Below, piece by piece: positions 36,955-52,831 of a DNA stretch of 64,000 nt (position 1 is its first letter; each line of letters begins with the position of its first letter). A program made the position numbers and the translations under genes. Source of the DNA: Balamuthia mandrillaris (Eukaryota); the NCBI GenBank assembly GCA_031835245.2, contig JAVKOQ020000016.1, positions 310,001 through 374,000 on the forward strand. Reading direction: 5' to 3'. The notes beneath the pieces were generated by a model. The model was not told the origin of the DNA. It ran no database searches and saw only the letters and a list, made by a program, of their open reading frames with translations.

Positions 36955-39790
36955 TTAACCAAACATTTTCGCATAGACCTTCTTTTGCTGCTGCACCTGT
37001 ATCTGAATGGCTTTGTTCACTCGGGCCAGCTCCTTCTTGATGGCCGCGTCGTTCGGCTCCAACGCGGAGGCTGCCTGCAGGTCCTCCTTGGCCTTGTCCC
37101 ATTGCTTTAACTCTGCAAAGGATTGACCCCTACGGAAGAGCGCTTTGGCGTTCTTCTCGTTGAGCTCCAGGGCTTTGGTGCAGTTGTGCACGGCCTCCTC
37201 GAAGCGCTTGAGCTTGATGCAGCAGATGGCGAGGTTGCTGTAGCAGGAAAGCTTGAGGGCCTCCATCTCCTCCTTTTGTTTGGGGGTGGCGTCGTACATC
37301 TCCAACAAGTAACGAATGCCCTGTTGTGCGTTGCGTTTTGGTATTTGATGTCAGTTCGTTTATGAGAGAAGCTCTAAGAAGCACAGAGAAGGAAAAATCT
37401 ACCTCTCCATAGCAACGAGCCGCCGACTCGTAGTCAAACTCCTTGAAAACGATGTTTCCATGGTTCTTCTTCTTGGCGGCCGCCTCCAACTTTTGTTTGT
37501 TGGTTCTTGGCTGCTTTTCCTTGTCGCCTTGTTGTTGTTGGAGCAATTGTTGAGCGGCCGCTTGCTCTGCCTCTGCTTTTTTGCGCTCTTCCTCCAGTTC
37601 GTTCAAGCGTTGATGGAGCTTTGGATAGGAATCAGAGTGAATGAGGGATTGCAGCTCGGCCAGTTTGTTGGTGAACAAGTCAAAGTCGCCGTCTTCCTTG
37701 TTATCTTCGACCCAATCGCGAAACTCGTCCAACTTGTTCGTGAGAGAGCCTTTTTCCTAAGATGAAAACGAGACAGTGTTAATGCAAGAGGGAAGGAAAA
37801 GAGAAAACTAAAGGAACAAGCAAGCATAATACAGCAAACAGCAAAAAGTGAAAAAACCAACCTCAGAGGTGAGATAAGGATCAAAGCTTGGATCGCTGCA
37901 ATACCCCTTCATACGATAAATCAAACTTTCCAATTCGTTGATCTTGTGTTCAGTGGCGATAACGAGTTCGTCCTGTCGTCTCATCTCCTCTTCCTTTTGG
38001 ATAGATGCAGCGATTTGTTCTTCTGCGAGGCCGCTGATTTCCTTCTCTAGTTCTTGTTGTTGTTGGCCCGCCTCTTCGACTTCATAGTGTAGGTTCACTT
38101 CTGGGCTGAGGATAGCAGCCTGTTTATTATTTGTTTGGTGTTACGTTTAGCATGCACATTAAAAGCAGACGAAAAATGAAGGAAAAGAGAACCATCAAAG
38201 CAGAACCGATGGCAACAGAGCCAGCACTGTTCAACGTACGAGAAACATCCTTGTTGCTCTCCTGAAGATGAGGAAGTGCTGCTTTGATGGAGGCTTGAAC
38301 GGCCGGAATACATGTGCCTCCTCCAACAATCTCAACTGAGTGCAACTGTTCAACCGACTCCAGTTTTGCTTCAGACAATGTGCGTTGAATGGCGGCTGTG
38401 ATCCTATCTGTCACTTCTTTGCAGAGTTCTTCCATCTTTGCACTATATATCGTTTTTCGTTTTGTTCGTTCAGTTTAAGAACGAAGAACAACAAGGAATA
38501 AAAATAAAAACAAAAGTAAATAAGTTACCGAGAGATCTTCGCCCTAAAATCAGCATCTTCGATGTTTTCCGCCTCAAACATGGCCTCATCGATGGTGCTC
38601 AACACTTTCTTCGTTCTTTCAGCTGCGTGTAACAGCTTCGACAGGTAACGTGCGCTACGGAACACGTCCACGCCCCTCTTTTGCTTCAGCTCTTCAGCAA
38701 AATGCCGAACGAGACAAAAGTCGATCTCACGAGCGCCAGCTCGTTCATCGCTAATGGAAGCCAAGACGTTCATCTTCTTTCTCGGAGTGAACTCCACGAG
38801 TTGAACGTTCAAATAGGAGTGACCCATGTCCACGAATAACACTTTGGTTGTGTCAGTGGCTTCACCTTCTTCAGCAGGCTTTTGTTGCTCGGTGGGGGCT
38901 GTTGTAGAATCTTTTGTTACTGGGCGAAGTTCTACACGAGAGAAGCCATAACATAGTGCCACTTTTCAAGAATACAAAAGTTAGAAGTGAAACTGAAGAA
39001 TGACAATTGAGAAGAGTAGGTTACCAGCAGTGCTCTCGTTGATGACTTTCAGAACGGGGATTTGAGCAATGGCACAAGCGTCCAACAACGCCCTTCTAGC
39101 CTTGGCATCAAACTCGTTCGGCACAGCGACAACACATCCATTGATCTTGCTCTTCTCCTCTTCACCTTCCTTTACCTCTTCCTTCTTTTCGCCAGTTAAT
39201 GTTTCGGCGTTTCTGTTGGTGAACGAACGAAGCTGTTTCAACATCATCGCTGTTACTTCTTCTGGACGCAAAGTTTGCTGCTCTCCTCTGAACGATACTT
39301 CAAAAGCGAGTGAAGAAGAGTCATCCGAAGAAGCGATGCGGAAAGGCAACATTTCGAGCTCGGCGGTTGCTTCTTCTTTGCTCTTTCCAAGAAAACGTTT
39401 CATGGAGTGAAGCGTTTGTTGAGGAGCACGAACCAACTGCAACAAAGTAAGTAAGAAAGCAAAGAAGAATACAAGAGCGGAAGAGGAATGGATGCAGAAG
39501 AAGAGAGAGAAGAGAACATGAAGAGAAGAGCAGAGCAGAAGAATAGGAGAGAAGGAGGAAAAGCGAAGAGACAGTGAAGAACAAGCGTGAGCGACATGAT
39601 TGAAAAGAGAGAGAATGAAGTAAAGAGAGAAAGAGAGGGAGGGGAGGGAAGAAAGAGGGTGAGGAGAGAGAAGAGAGCACAAAGTCACATGTCAACTTAC
39701 GCTGTTCAACGCTTCCTCTCCGATAAACCGTCTTTTGTCACGGAACGAAACCACATTTCTACAAAAAGCAACGAGTCAAGAATAACGCTA

Positions 39791-39825
<35 letters not shown>

Positions 39826-40141
39826 TGACGAACGGAGTGACTTGATTGGCAAGATTGTTTTGGACGATAACCGGGAACATGTCTTGGTTGCGCGTCAAAG
39901 CGGCCACGCATTTGTTCGTGCCAAAGTCAAGACCAAGAAGCAGCGGCTCCGGCGGAGGTGGTAGCGAGGAGGAAGCCTCTTCTTTTACTTCCTCTTCTTC
40001 GGCGACTCCGTTGGGAGCGGATGCCTCAGCCGAGGCATCATCGGCCGATGGAGTGACTACATCCATTGGCTGCGGAGCAGTTTGCTGTTGTTGTGGCTCG
40101 GAAGAACTGTCTGACACTGACTTGTCGGAAGTGGCGTCCAT
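36955..40141 (-). CDS. Hsp70/Hsp110-like protein (NBD plus helical lid) fused to a C-terminal FKBP/Cyp40-type TPR domain
   Basis: LGLDFGT, VINESTA, LFVDMGHS, VEIVGGG, RTLN..SVA.G. Lid EMRRQD..KINELESLIY. TPR KNHGN..FK..Y..A, YSNLA, KALFRRG; ends KKVYAKMFG. Confidence 0.9.
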
Positions 40142-40795
40142 GTCGCTTGTTTCTTCGTTACGTGTCTCTCTTTTCCCTCTCCCACTTAGCTTTGGCTTAT
40201 CGATAGGCGTTCCTTTTTTGCCGACAATATATCGAATATTTGCTCCTATTTGGAAAAGTTGTGCAGCAATGTTATTTCAATTTTTCAGACGTATCGACAC
40301 AAAAATGTGCGGCATGCTGTCGACAAATTCCCAATTTCTTCAAAGATGTAGAAATTTCGTCTAAATTCTTGCTTTTCTGATATAAACCTAATAAAGCAAT
40401 AAAACTACATTTAAGGCAAAGTTTAGCAAATTAGCTGAAAGCACAGATCCTTTTGTTTCCGTCAAATGCTTCGGAATTTTCACGCATTTGGTGCATTTTT
40501 GAATAGCACGTTGCGTTACAGCATGCCCGTTTAGTCCATTCTATTCTTTTGTTGTCTTTCTTCCGTGGGAACAGCCTATATTCTCTTTTTTCGACTATAG
40601 TCGTACCCTAACAACGGGACAACGCGTAAACCATCTGACTTTGTAAAACATTATCAACGTATCCAGTGAAGCGGTTGCTTGACGCCCATCAGTTTCCACT
40701 TTGTTCCTTTTCTTTCCCGCCCTATCAACCTTTTCTTTCTTTTTCTTTTCTCCAACTCTGCAACAAACAACGTTACAGCAGCGTTACACTCACCC

Positions 40796-43700
40796 ATGTA
40801 CGGGCTTATACTTTCAGTGTTCCGGGACCTGCTCCTGAAGCAACACGGGGAGGACCAATGGATAGAGGTCTGCCGTCAGGCCAAGACCATCTCCAGCTTC
40901 GAGGAGGAGGAGCCTTACCCTGACGCCTGGCTTTATCAGCTGGCTACCGCTGCCTCCGAGGCAAGTACATCCACAACCCGTTATAACAGCCGTTTTGTTG
41001 ATAAACCCAAAAAAACAAAAACAATAAACAGCTTTTGGACATATCCGTGCCGGAGCTGCTTGAAGCATTGGGATACTATCTCATCGAATACATCTTGAAA
41101 ACGGTAAACACAACAACACTTTACAACAAAGAAAACAAGATAGAGTAACGTTTGATTTTTATTTATTTTTCGAACAGGACTACAGCAAACTGTTGAACCT
41201 TGCCGGCAAAACTTTGCCCGAGGTCTTGAACAACATCAACCGCATGCACGGTAGCCCCTCCGTTTCTCCTTTGTTTTTTTTCCCCCTCCTCAACATCCTC
41301 GGTCTTCTTTCTCTAACAAAAAAAAAAACAGGTCATCTTAAAGCATCACCACTTCATCAGGTACTATTTTTTGTTTTCAAAGGTTATCTAGTCCGTTTTG
41401 CTTCAGAATGACTTATTCTTTGGTTTTTTTCCCCATCCGTACATATAACGTCGTTATAGATGTCGCCTCCGACATTTCGGTGCACACAAGAGAAACCAAA
41501 CAGGCTGCGCTTGCATTACATTCCTGGCGTGGCCTCCAGAGTAGCTCTGGCACCCCTCGTTATTGGTTTCTCTCTTTCTCTCTCTCTCTCTATGTCAGAT
41601 GCACTAACTCTCTTCTTTCAACAAAACAGGAATCGTGAAAGGTCTTGCGGAACGCTATCTCAACCTCGACCACTTAACCGTCAAACAAAAACGGTTCAAG
41701 GAGAAAGGGGACGACCACGACGAGTTTGTCGTCCGCTGGAAAACTCCCTCTCTGTCCAAAGACGCTGCGCTCAACAGCGGTTCCGACAAGTCTGTCAGTT
41801 CGGAAAACAGTTTCCCGTTGGTGCATGGACTCTCTCCTTCTTCTCTGGACGAAGCCTTTCCATTTCACATTGTTTTCAACAAGAAACTGGAGATAGTACA
41901 AATGGGAAAGGTTCGTTTGCTTCTTACTCTTCTTCAGTGTTTTGTGTGAACATTCTCTAACTTAAATGCCAGTCGTTAGCTAAGCTGATCCCAGCTGAGA
42001 AAGGAGACTCTCTATCGTCTTTCTTCACCTTGGACAGACCATCTACGGCCTCCTTCAGCTCTTGGAGTTCGCTTTGCAAGCACTGCAAGACTCAGTACTT
42101 TCAGTTGCTTCACAAGTATGACCACTCCAAAGACTTTATCCTCAAAGGACAGGTAACCATTCTCTTTCGTCTCTTAGTTCTCCCTCCTTCGTTTCATCTT
42201 GTTATTTATACCTCTTCGCAACTTGATAGATGTTATGGAACGAAAAAGAAGATGTAATGTGCTTTGTTGGCTCGCCATTGTTGGAGCGTATTGAGGATGC
42301 CTCCTACTTTGGGCTGAGTATGTCAGACTTTGCATTACACGATAACTCTACCTCCATTCTGCTCATGCACAGCACCTCTCCTAGCGGAACAGAGGACAGG
42401 ATTTCCTTCGAAGGTCTGTTGGCTTCTTGTGTTGATAAATGTTCTTGTTCTTGTTCTTCATCTGTTTCTTCTTCTTTGTCTTATTCTTACGTATTGTAAA
42501 TATCAGAACCTCTTTCGCCAAGATCAGAAGACTATGAACGGAAGCGAAACGTATTGAAAACATGGTTCGATTCCAAACTTTCTTCAAACGAAACAACAGA
42601 GACAACCACAAAGAAAAAAAAGCGAAGTTCGCGACGATCTAAAAGACTATCGCATGTTCTTCATTGTTCGTTCCTCCTCTTCATTATCCTCCTCCTCTCG
42701 CTCTCTCGTTCTCTGTGTCTCTTTCTTGGTTTCATTGCTGATCATTGGCCCGTTATCTGTTTCATTACAGCTATACAATCTCATGTCTCTTCCAACGAGA
42801 AGAACGAAGTTGGAGGAGGCTCTACCATATGTTTCTCCTCCAAAGGGCGTTCACGTTCAGCTTCACCATCGTTTGACGTCTCAATGGATGAACTATCTCT
42901 GTCATCCTCGACCTCTTCCCCCAACTCCCCCTCCTCCTCTTCTACTTCTTCTTCATCTTCTTCTGCTCCTTCATCCGCTCGTTCTCCTTCTCCATCATCA
43001 TCAGCTTCTCATCGTATTTATAATGCATTCTACCAGCTGTTGATTGAGGATGGATGGAGCGGATATCCTCTCATGAAAGCTTTGCTCACTCACATCATGA
43101 AGACACCCTCCACTCAAGTCGATCGCGTGTTTGATGCTGCGGTGAGCCTGCATAAACGTTCTGGAAACTTGATGTCGTTCTTGGAGGCATTGCTTATGCA
43201 AGATATAGGGCGCTCCACTAAAGGTACATTTTTCTACTCTTTACTTCGTCTCTGCTCTCTTCTTATCTTCATGCGTGTTAACGATATATAAACATAGAAA
43301 CGTTGTTAAGGAGTGACGGACCCTCTATAAAGGTGCTTCACGCGTTCGTCGAACAGGAAGCACAGTCCTACATCACCAAACTTGCCGAAAGCATGAAAGA
43401 GTGCATCGAAGGAAACAAGAAAAGCAACCTGCACATCGATACAGAACGACTTACCGACAAGAACATGTCTGAACACAATGCAAGGATACTTCTGGCAGTT
43501 GCTGAACGGTGGTTGAGGATTCTTTGCACCTCCGTTAACCATTGTCCGCCGTATGTTTTTCCCTCTGTCTTTCTTTCCACTTAATGCTGATGTTTTCAAC
43601 CTACAGTCCTTTGAGAAGACTGTTGAAACGTATAAGTGAAGAAGTGGCATTTAAATATCCGGACTTGAGCATTTCTGCTGTCGCCAACGTGCTGTTCTTC

Positions 43701-44240
43701 CGTTTCATAGGGCCTGTGCTCCTCACTCCTAAAATCGGCGAAGGTAAGTTTCTATCCTTTCATCCGCTCCTTCCAATTCTTCTCTTAACTTTTCTTTTGC
43801 TTTCGAACATGCAGAACGAGATCTGAAAAGTCAGAGAGCGCTGACGGTTGTATTCAAAGTGGTGCAATCGTTGGTCAACATGGTGGAGTTCCCAGAATCG
43901 GAGGATAATGCCATGAAGCTGTTCAACACGTTCTTGTCCACGGAGAACCACATGTACCTTCGAAACTTTGTGATAGCACTCATCGTATGTTTCTCCAGTC
44001 TCTCGCTTCTCTCCTATTTCTGTTGTTGTTTCGTGCCCTTCTGACTTTCATGCTTCAGGACGAAAGCAAGATTGTTGCAGCCGAAACGCAATGTTATGAC
44101 GACGTCATCGCAACGCCAAGAGGCGAGGCCACCGAAGAATGGATGAGATCCTCCATCTCCGTCATCAAGGATGCATTCCTTCAAAACATGGAGTTTCTTT
44201 GGGCCACATTCACTTCTGATCCACAATTGGTACCTTGCCC

Positions 44241-44271
<31 letters not shown>

Positions 44272-44347
44272 TCTCTAACCTTTGGATAAAAAGGGAACTT
44301 TGTTGCAACGCTTTATTGCCACCAGTCTCAACTCCATACGATGCTGA
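40796..44347 (+). CDS. H-NOX + H-NOB-associated PAS + RasGAP fusion protein (paralog 1)
   Basis: H-NOX: MYGLI..G...W, NINRMHGHL, PPTFRC, LHY..SR..LAPLVIGIVKGLA. HNOBA: FPFHIVFNKKLEIVQMG, LKGQM, FVGSP, GL.MSDFALHD. RasGAP: TLLRSD, LFFRFIGP, KVVQSLVN. Confidence 0.9.
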
Positions 44348-44950
44348 ACCCTTTATAAAAAAAAGGCCGGCGCTTTGTTATTTAACTGAATTGTAAAAAT
44401 TAAAATAAGATCATTTTCAAAAAAAAAAAACGAGCATGAAAATAGAACCGAGCGTAACGTTTCCATTCCATCATCCCTTATCGCCGTTTTTGTTTTTTTT
44501 TGTTGCTCCGCATGACGTTCGAGTTTACACCCGATCACTTCTTATGTAGCAAAGAAATCGAAATTGCGTCACCCAATTTCGGAAGTTTCCGTAACCCTCT
44601 CCATACTTGGTAAGTACCTCAAATGCAGCACGCCAAACGGAAAGGGCACCTTACGGTCCTTGAATCCCATCGGAGAAGGCGGGTCCCTTGGACACCCCGA
44701 AGCCTTTGTCCGATGGAACCCCCCCCCGAAATCGTTACGAAATTAATCAATTAAGATATCAATTAAGATGAAACGATCTGTTATGTTCCGATTTTCTTTT
44801 ATCTTTCTCTCTTCTCATCTCAAAAAACAAACTGGTAACACCCAGACGTTTTTTTTTAAATTTTTTTTTAAACAAAAACACCTGCTCTCTCTTCTCTTCT
44901 CTTTTTTTTTGTTTTTCTTTGAAGAACAAAAAAAAGAAAAGAAACAAAGC

Positions 44951-49002
<4,052 letters not shown>

Positions 49003-49249
49003 TTTTTTTTTATTATTTTATTTATTAATTATTGCAAATAAGATTATCTGTTTATCGTTTTTGTCAGACTTTTTTTTTTGAGAGGGACACGGAATGTCCG
49101 TTGGCCGAATGAATTCGAATAGCCCAACTCGGACATTATATGCCCGGTATGGTAGTTCTGCTCGGGAGAAAAATCTTAATTCCGACATAATTATTATCTG
49201 AAAGTGAAAAAATAGCGATAAGAAGAAAGATAAAGGTAACCAAGGAAAG

Positions 49250-52079
49250 ATGGAGGAAGAAACGGTCCTCCACTCTGCTCCTTCTTCCTTCTTTGCCGCT
49301 GCTTCTGGTTTAATAATAGCAACAACAAGCGGGTCCGGTTCCTCCACCCCTTCTTCTTCTTCTTCCGACGAACAAGGAGATGACAACAACATCGTGATTT
49401 ACACGGGCCATTTGGACCCGGCCTTTTGCGTGACCTTTGCCCTGATTTTCTTGTGTTTAGCGGTGGTGCAAGTCCTCCGCGGCGTCATCATTCGAGCCAA
49501 GGGCAAAAGCGTGCGGCAGTTCATGACCCGACTTTTGCTTTGTTTCACCGTTTTGAGCGCTCTTGGTAACTCCCCCATCATTTCTTGCTACTTTTTTTTT
49601 GTTGATGACCATTCTTCTCTTTCTCTTTCTCTTTCTCTTTCTCTTTCTCTTTCTCTTTCTCTTTCTCTTTCTCTTTCTCTTTCTCTTTCTCTTTCTCTTT
49701 CTCTTCTCTTTCTCTCTCTCTTGTTTGTTCAACTTTCTTTCTTTAGTTTTACTCACCCGCTTGCTTTTCTTCCTGTGCGCGTTACAAACAAAAACAAAAA
49801 AAGTTCGGTCGGTCTTCTTCGCAACCATGCCAGCCCGTTTCGAGATGTCCATCTACTACCTGCTCTGGTGGATTCCCGAGTTCCTCAACATTGCCGCCTG
49901 CTTTCTCTATATCCGCCTCTGGCTGCGCACCTATGCCAGCGCCAGGCACGTGGGCGAGGTCTTCACCTTTCGTCGCGTGCGCCGCTGGCTCTCTCGCGTG
50001 CAGTACACCGCCATCGTGGGGTTGCTCGTCGGCCAGTTGGGCATATGGTTGGCCATGTTGGGGACCGGTCGGGAGCACTTCCCGCTCATCCAGAAGGTGG
50101 ACGTGATTTATCTGTGTTTCTGGGAGGCGGCCACGGTGCTGACCGCCTTTGTGGCGTTCCTCTCGGTGCATGTGGTGGTCTTTCGGCGGCGTCGCAGCTA
50201 TCGCCGTCAACTGCAGCGACAGCAGGCAGAGGACAAGCAACAGTTGATGATGGATGGAGAAGGAGAGGCAATGATGATGGAGGGGGATGGAGGGTCAATG
50301 TCGGAGGACCTGCCGTTTCCAGCTAATATTTCGAGAGTGGATGTGGTGTTGTTGTTTTGGTTAGCGGCGAGGAACTGGAGGTTGGTGGATACCATAGTTT
50401 GTGCAAAGATTGGAGATAAGCTCTCCACAATGAGTGCTTATTGGACATACATTGGACCGTTTTATTTTTGTTCGGAGTTTACTCCAGGAGCCTTGCTTAT
50501 CTTTAGCAAGGTTTTGGGTAACCTATTTTTTCCTTCTTTTCTTCGTTCTTCATTCTTCATTCTTGGTTCTTTCTTCTTCTGCTTCTTCTTGTTCTTCTTG
50601 TTTTTCTTCTTCTTCCTGTGCTTCTTGTTCTTCTTCTTGTTCTTCTTCTGCTTGTTCTTCTTCTTCTTCTTCTTCTTCTTCTTCTTCTTCTTCCCCTTCC
50701 TCTTCCTCCTTTCATACTCTCATGCACCATTTTTTTTCTCTACCCCACAGAGATGTTAGACCATGGAATGGTTCAATACCGTAAGATCCAAAAGGCAAAC
50801 GCCACAGGCAGCGGCAGCAACACCAAAACTAACTCCAACAGTTCTGGCAATGACATTTTTAGCTTGTTTCGCAGCAATTCCCACAACAAAAACACTCCTT
50901 GGAGAGGGGAAAGCATCGCCGACGAGACAACCGCGTTACTCTCTTCTGTTTCTGTCGATCCAGTTGTTAAAAATTGGATCATTCGTTATGATGACCTCGA
51001 AATGATTGAATTTTTGGGAGGTGGAGCCGGTGGTGAAGTTTGGAAAGCTGTTTACCAAGACAGCGTCGTGGCGGTGAAGAAGTTGAAGAAAGGATTGGTG
51101 GACAGCCCTCGTGACTTGGCAGACTTTTGCAGCGAGATGAAGATACTCAGCTCGTTAAGGCACGAGAACGTTGTGTCCTTTTACGGAGCATGCATCAATC
51201 CTCCTCACATTTGCATCATTTCGGAATACCTCCAACGAAAGAACCTAAGATCCGTGCTTCTGGACCAACGCCTGGAGCTCTCTTTGCCGCTTCGTATGGG
51301 CATGATGATCGACATGTGTAAGGCCTTGCGCTTCGTGCATTCCAATCGCATCATTCACCGAGACTTGAAGCCGGAGAACTTGATGATAGGCGCTCATTTC
51401 AACCTCAAAGTGGGAGACTTTGGGTCTGGCACCATCTCACCATTTGCTTCGGATTCCAAGAAGAGCGGGTATGCTCTCTCCATCGCTGGATCGAATATGT
51501 ACATGGCCCCGGAGGTTTACCAACGAAAGTATTCCTTTCCTGCTGATGTCTACTCTGCTGGCGTTATCTTTTGGGAGGTCTACACTCGTTCTCATATTTA
51601 TGAATACGGTCTTGGAATTGGTAAGTTTTGTCCTTGCTAAGTAGTTTTCTTTTCCGTGATTTGTTTTCCTATTCCCTTACAAAATCACCCACGCAGATGA
51701 AATCGTGGTCGAACGAAAGAGACCTCACATACCAAAAGACTGTCCTCCCGTTCTCAGCGACGTCATATCCAGAGCATGGGATCATGATCCCAAGTCACGG
51801 CCCACTTTCACAGAGATTCTAAAGCAGTTGAAGGCATGGCAAGCGGTTGGGTTCCGACAGGACTTTGCATCTAAGTTGCCAGCACCAGACGATGCAGCGT
51901 TTGAAACGGAGGATTCCGCTTCAGAGAGAGAAACGCGTTACCGAATGCCTTCACCTCCTCCTCGTGGTTCTCTCAACTTGGATATGGAAGAAGAGACTGA
52001 AGAAGACGAAGAAAACGAACGAAGAAGATCGTCACCCCCTCCTAAAGGTAAAGAAAAGAAGGTATCTTTTATGGTTTAA
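49250..52079 (+). CDS. Multi-pass (about 7TM) membrane protein fused to a C-terminal TKL-group protein kinase
   Basis: Six to seven hydrophobic segments, then GGGAGGEVWK, VAVKKL, HRDLKPENL, DFG, YMAPE, DVYSAG and RP.IP..CP..W..DP..RPTF. Confidence 0.85.
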
Positions 52080-52831
52080 AACTGTTTTTGTTGAAAGACA
52101 AAGTCGCTTTATCATTTTCTTAGAGAGATAGAAGAGAGGAGAGAATAATTTCGTTCGTTTGAAGCACTTCTAAAGCAGAGCAGCTTCTTCAGACAAGGAG
52201 GAACAAAAGCTTTCACAGAGAGCAACACCTCTCCTTGGGTGTTGCGGAAGAGGGAGCACAGGGGGCTGTGCGTCAGGTTAAAGCTCAACGATGAGGGGAT
52301 CACCGGATGTGAAAGGGTGGGTAACAGCGCTTCGAGACCAAGGAATCGAACCAACGCGAGGAATTGTCGGGAGAATAGAGGAAGGAGAGGACGTTAGGAG
52401 AGGGCGTTGTTTTTGTTCTATTCCCCAGACAAAGGTGGGGTCCTCGTTGATCTGAGGGTTGAAGTCTAGGAAAAGCCAATCTTTGTTGTCTCGCTCGAGT
52501 TTGTTTTCCCGTTGACTATCATGTGTTGTCTCCCACATTAAGCTTCACACCAAGCTAGCTTTTTGTTTGAAGGGAATGCCTTGTTTAGTGCTGGAGGTTC
52601 GACTATATGTTTCCTTGTTTTGTTGGTTATGTGGTAAAGCTGAAGTTATAGAAACAAGACCAACAAAGTGGCTGCATTGGCCATTTGCCCTTCGGTTGGT
52701 AACCTTTTGGCCATCCTGTTGGTCCATTTGGGAGAGTTTCTCATTTGATTAGCTTATCGACCAGTTCGGCCCTCATGCGTAACACAACAATTAAATAATT
52801 TATCTTCTTAACTCGGATGAGGAACAATCCA

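Noticed and set aside
52112..52750. Coding-like minus-strand fragments after the kinase gene
   Set aside because: Interrupted by stops, with no identifiable homology.
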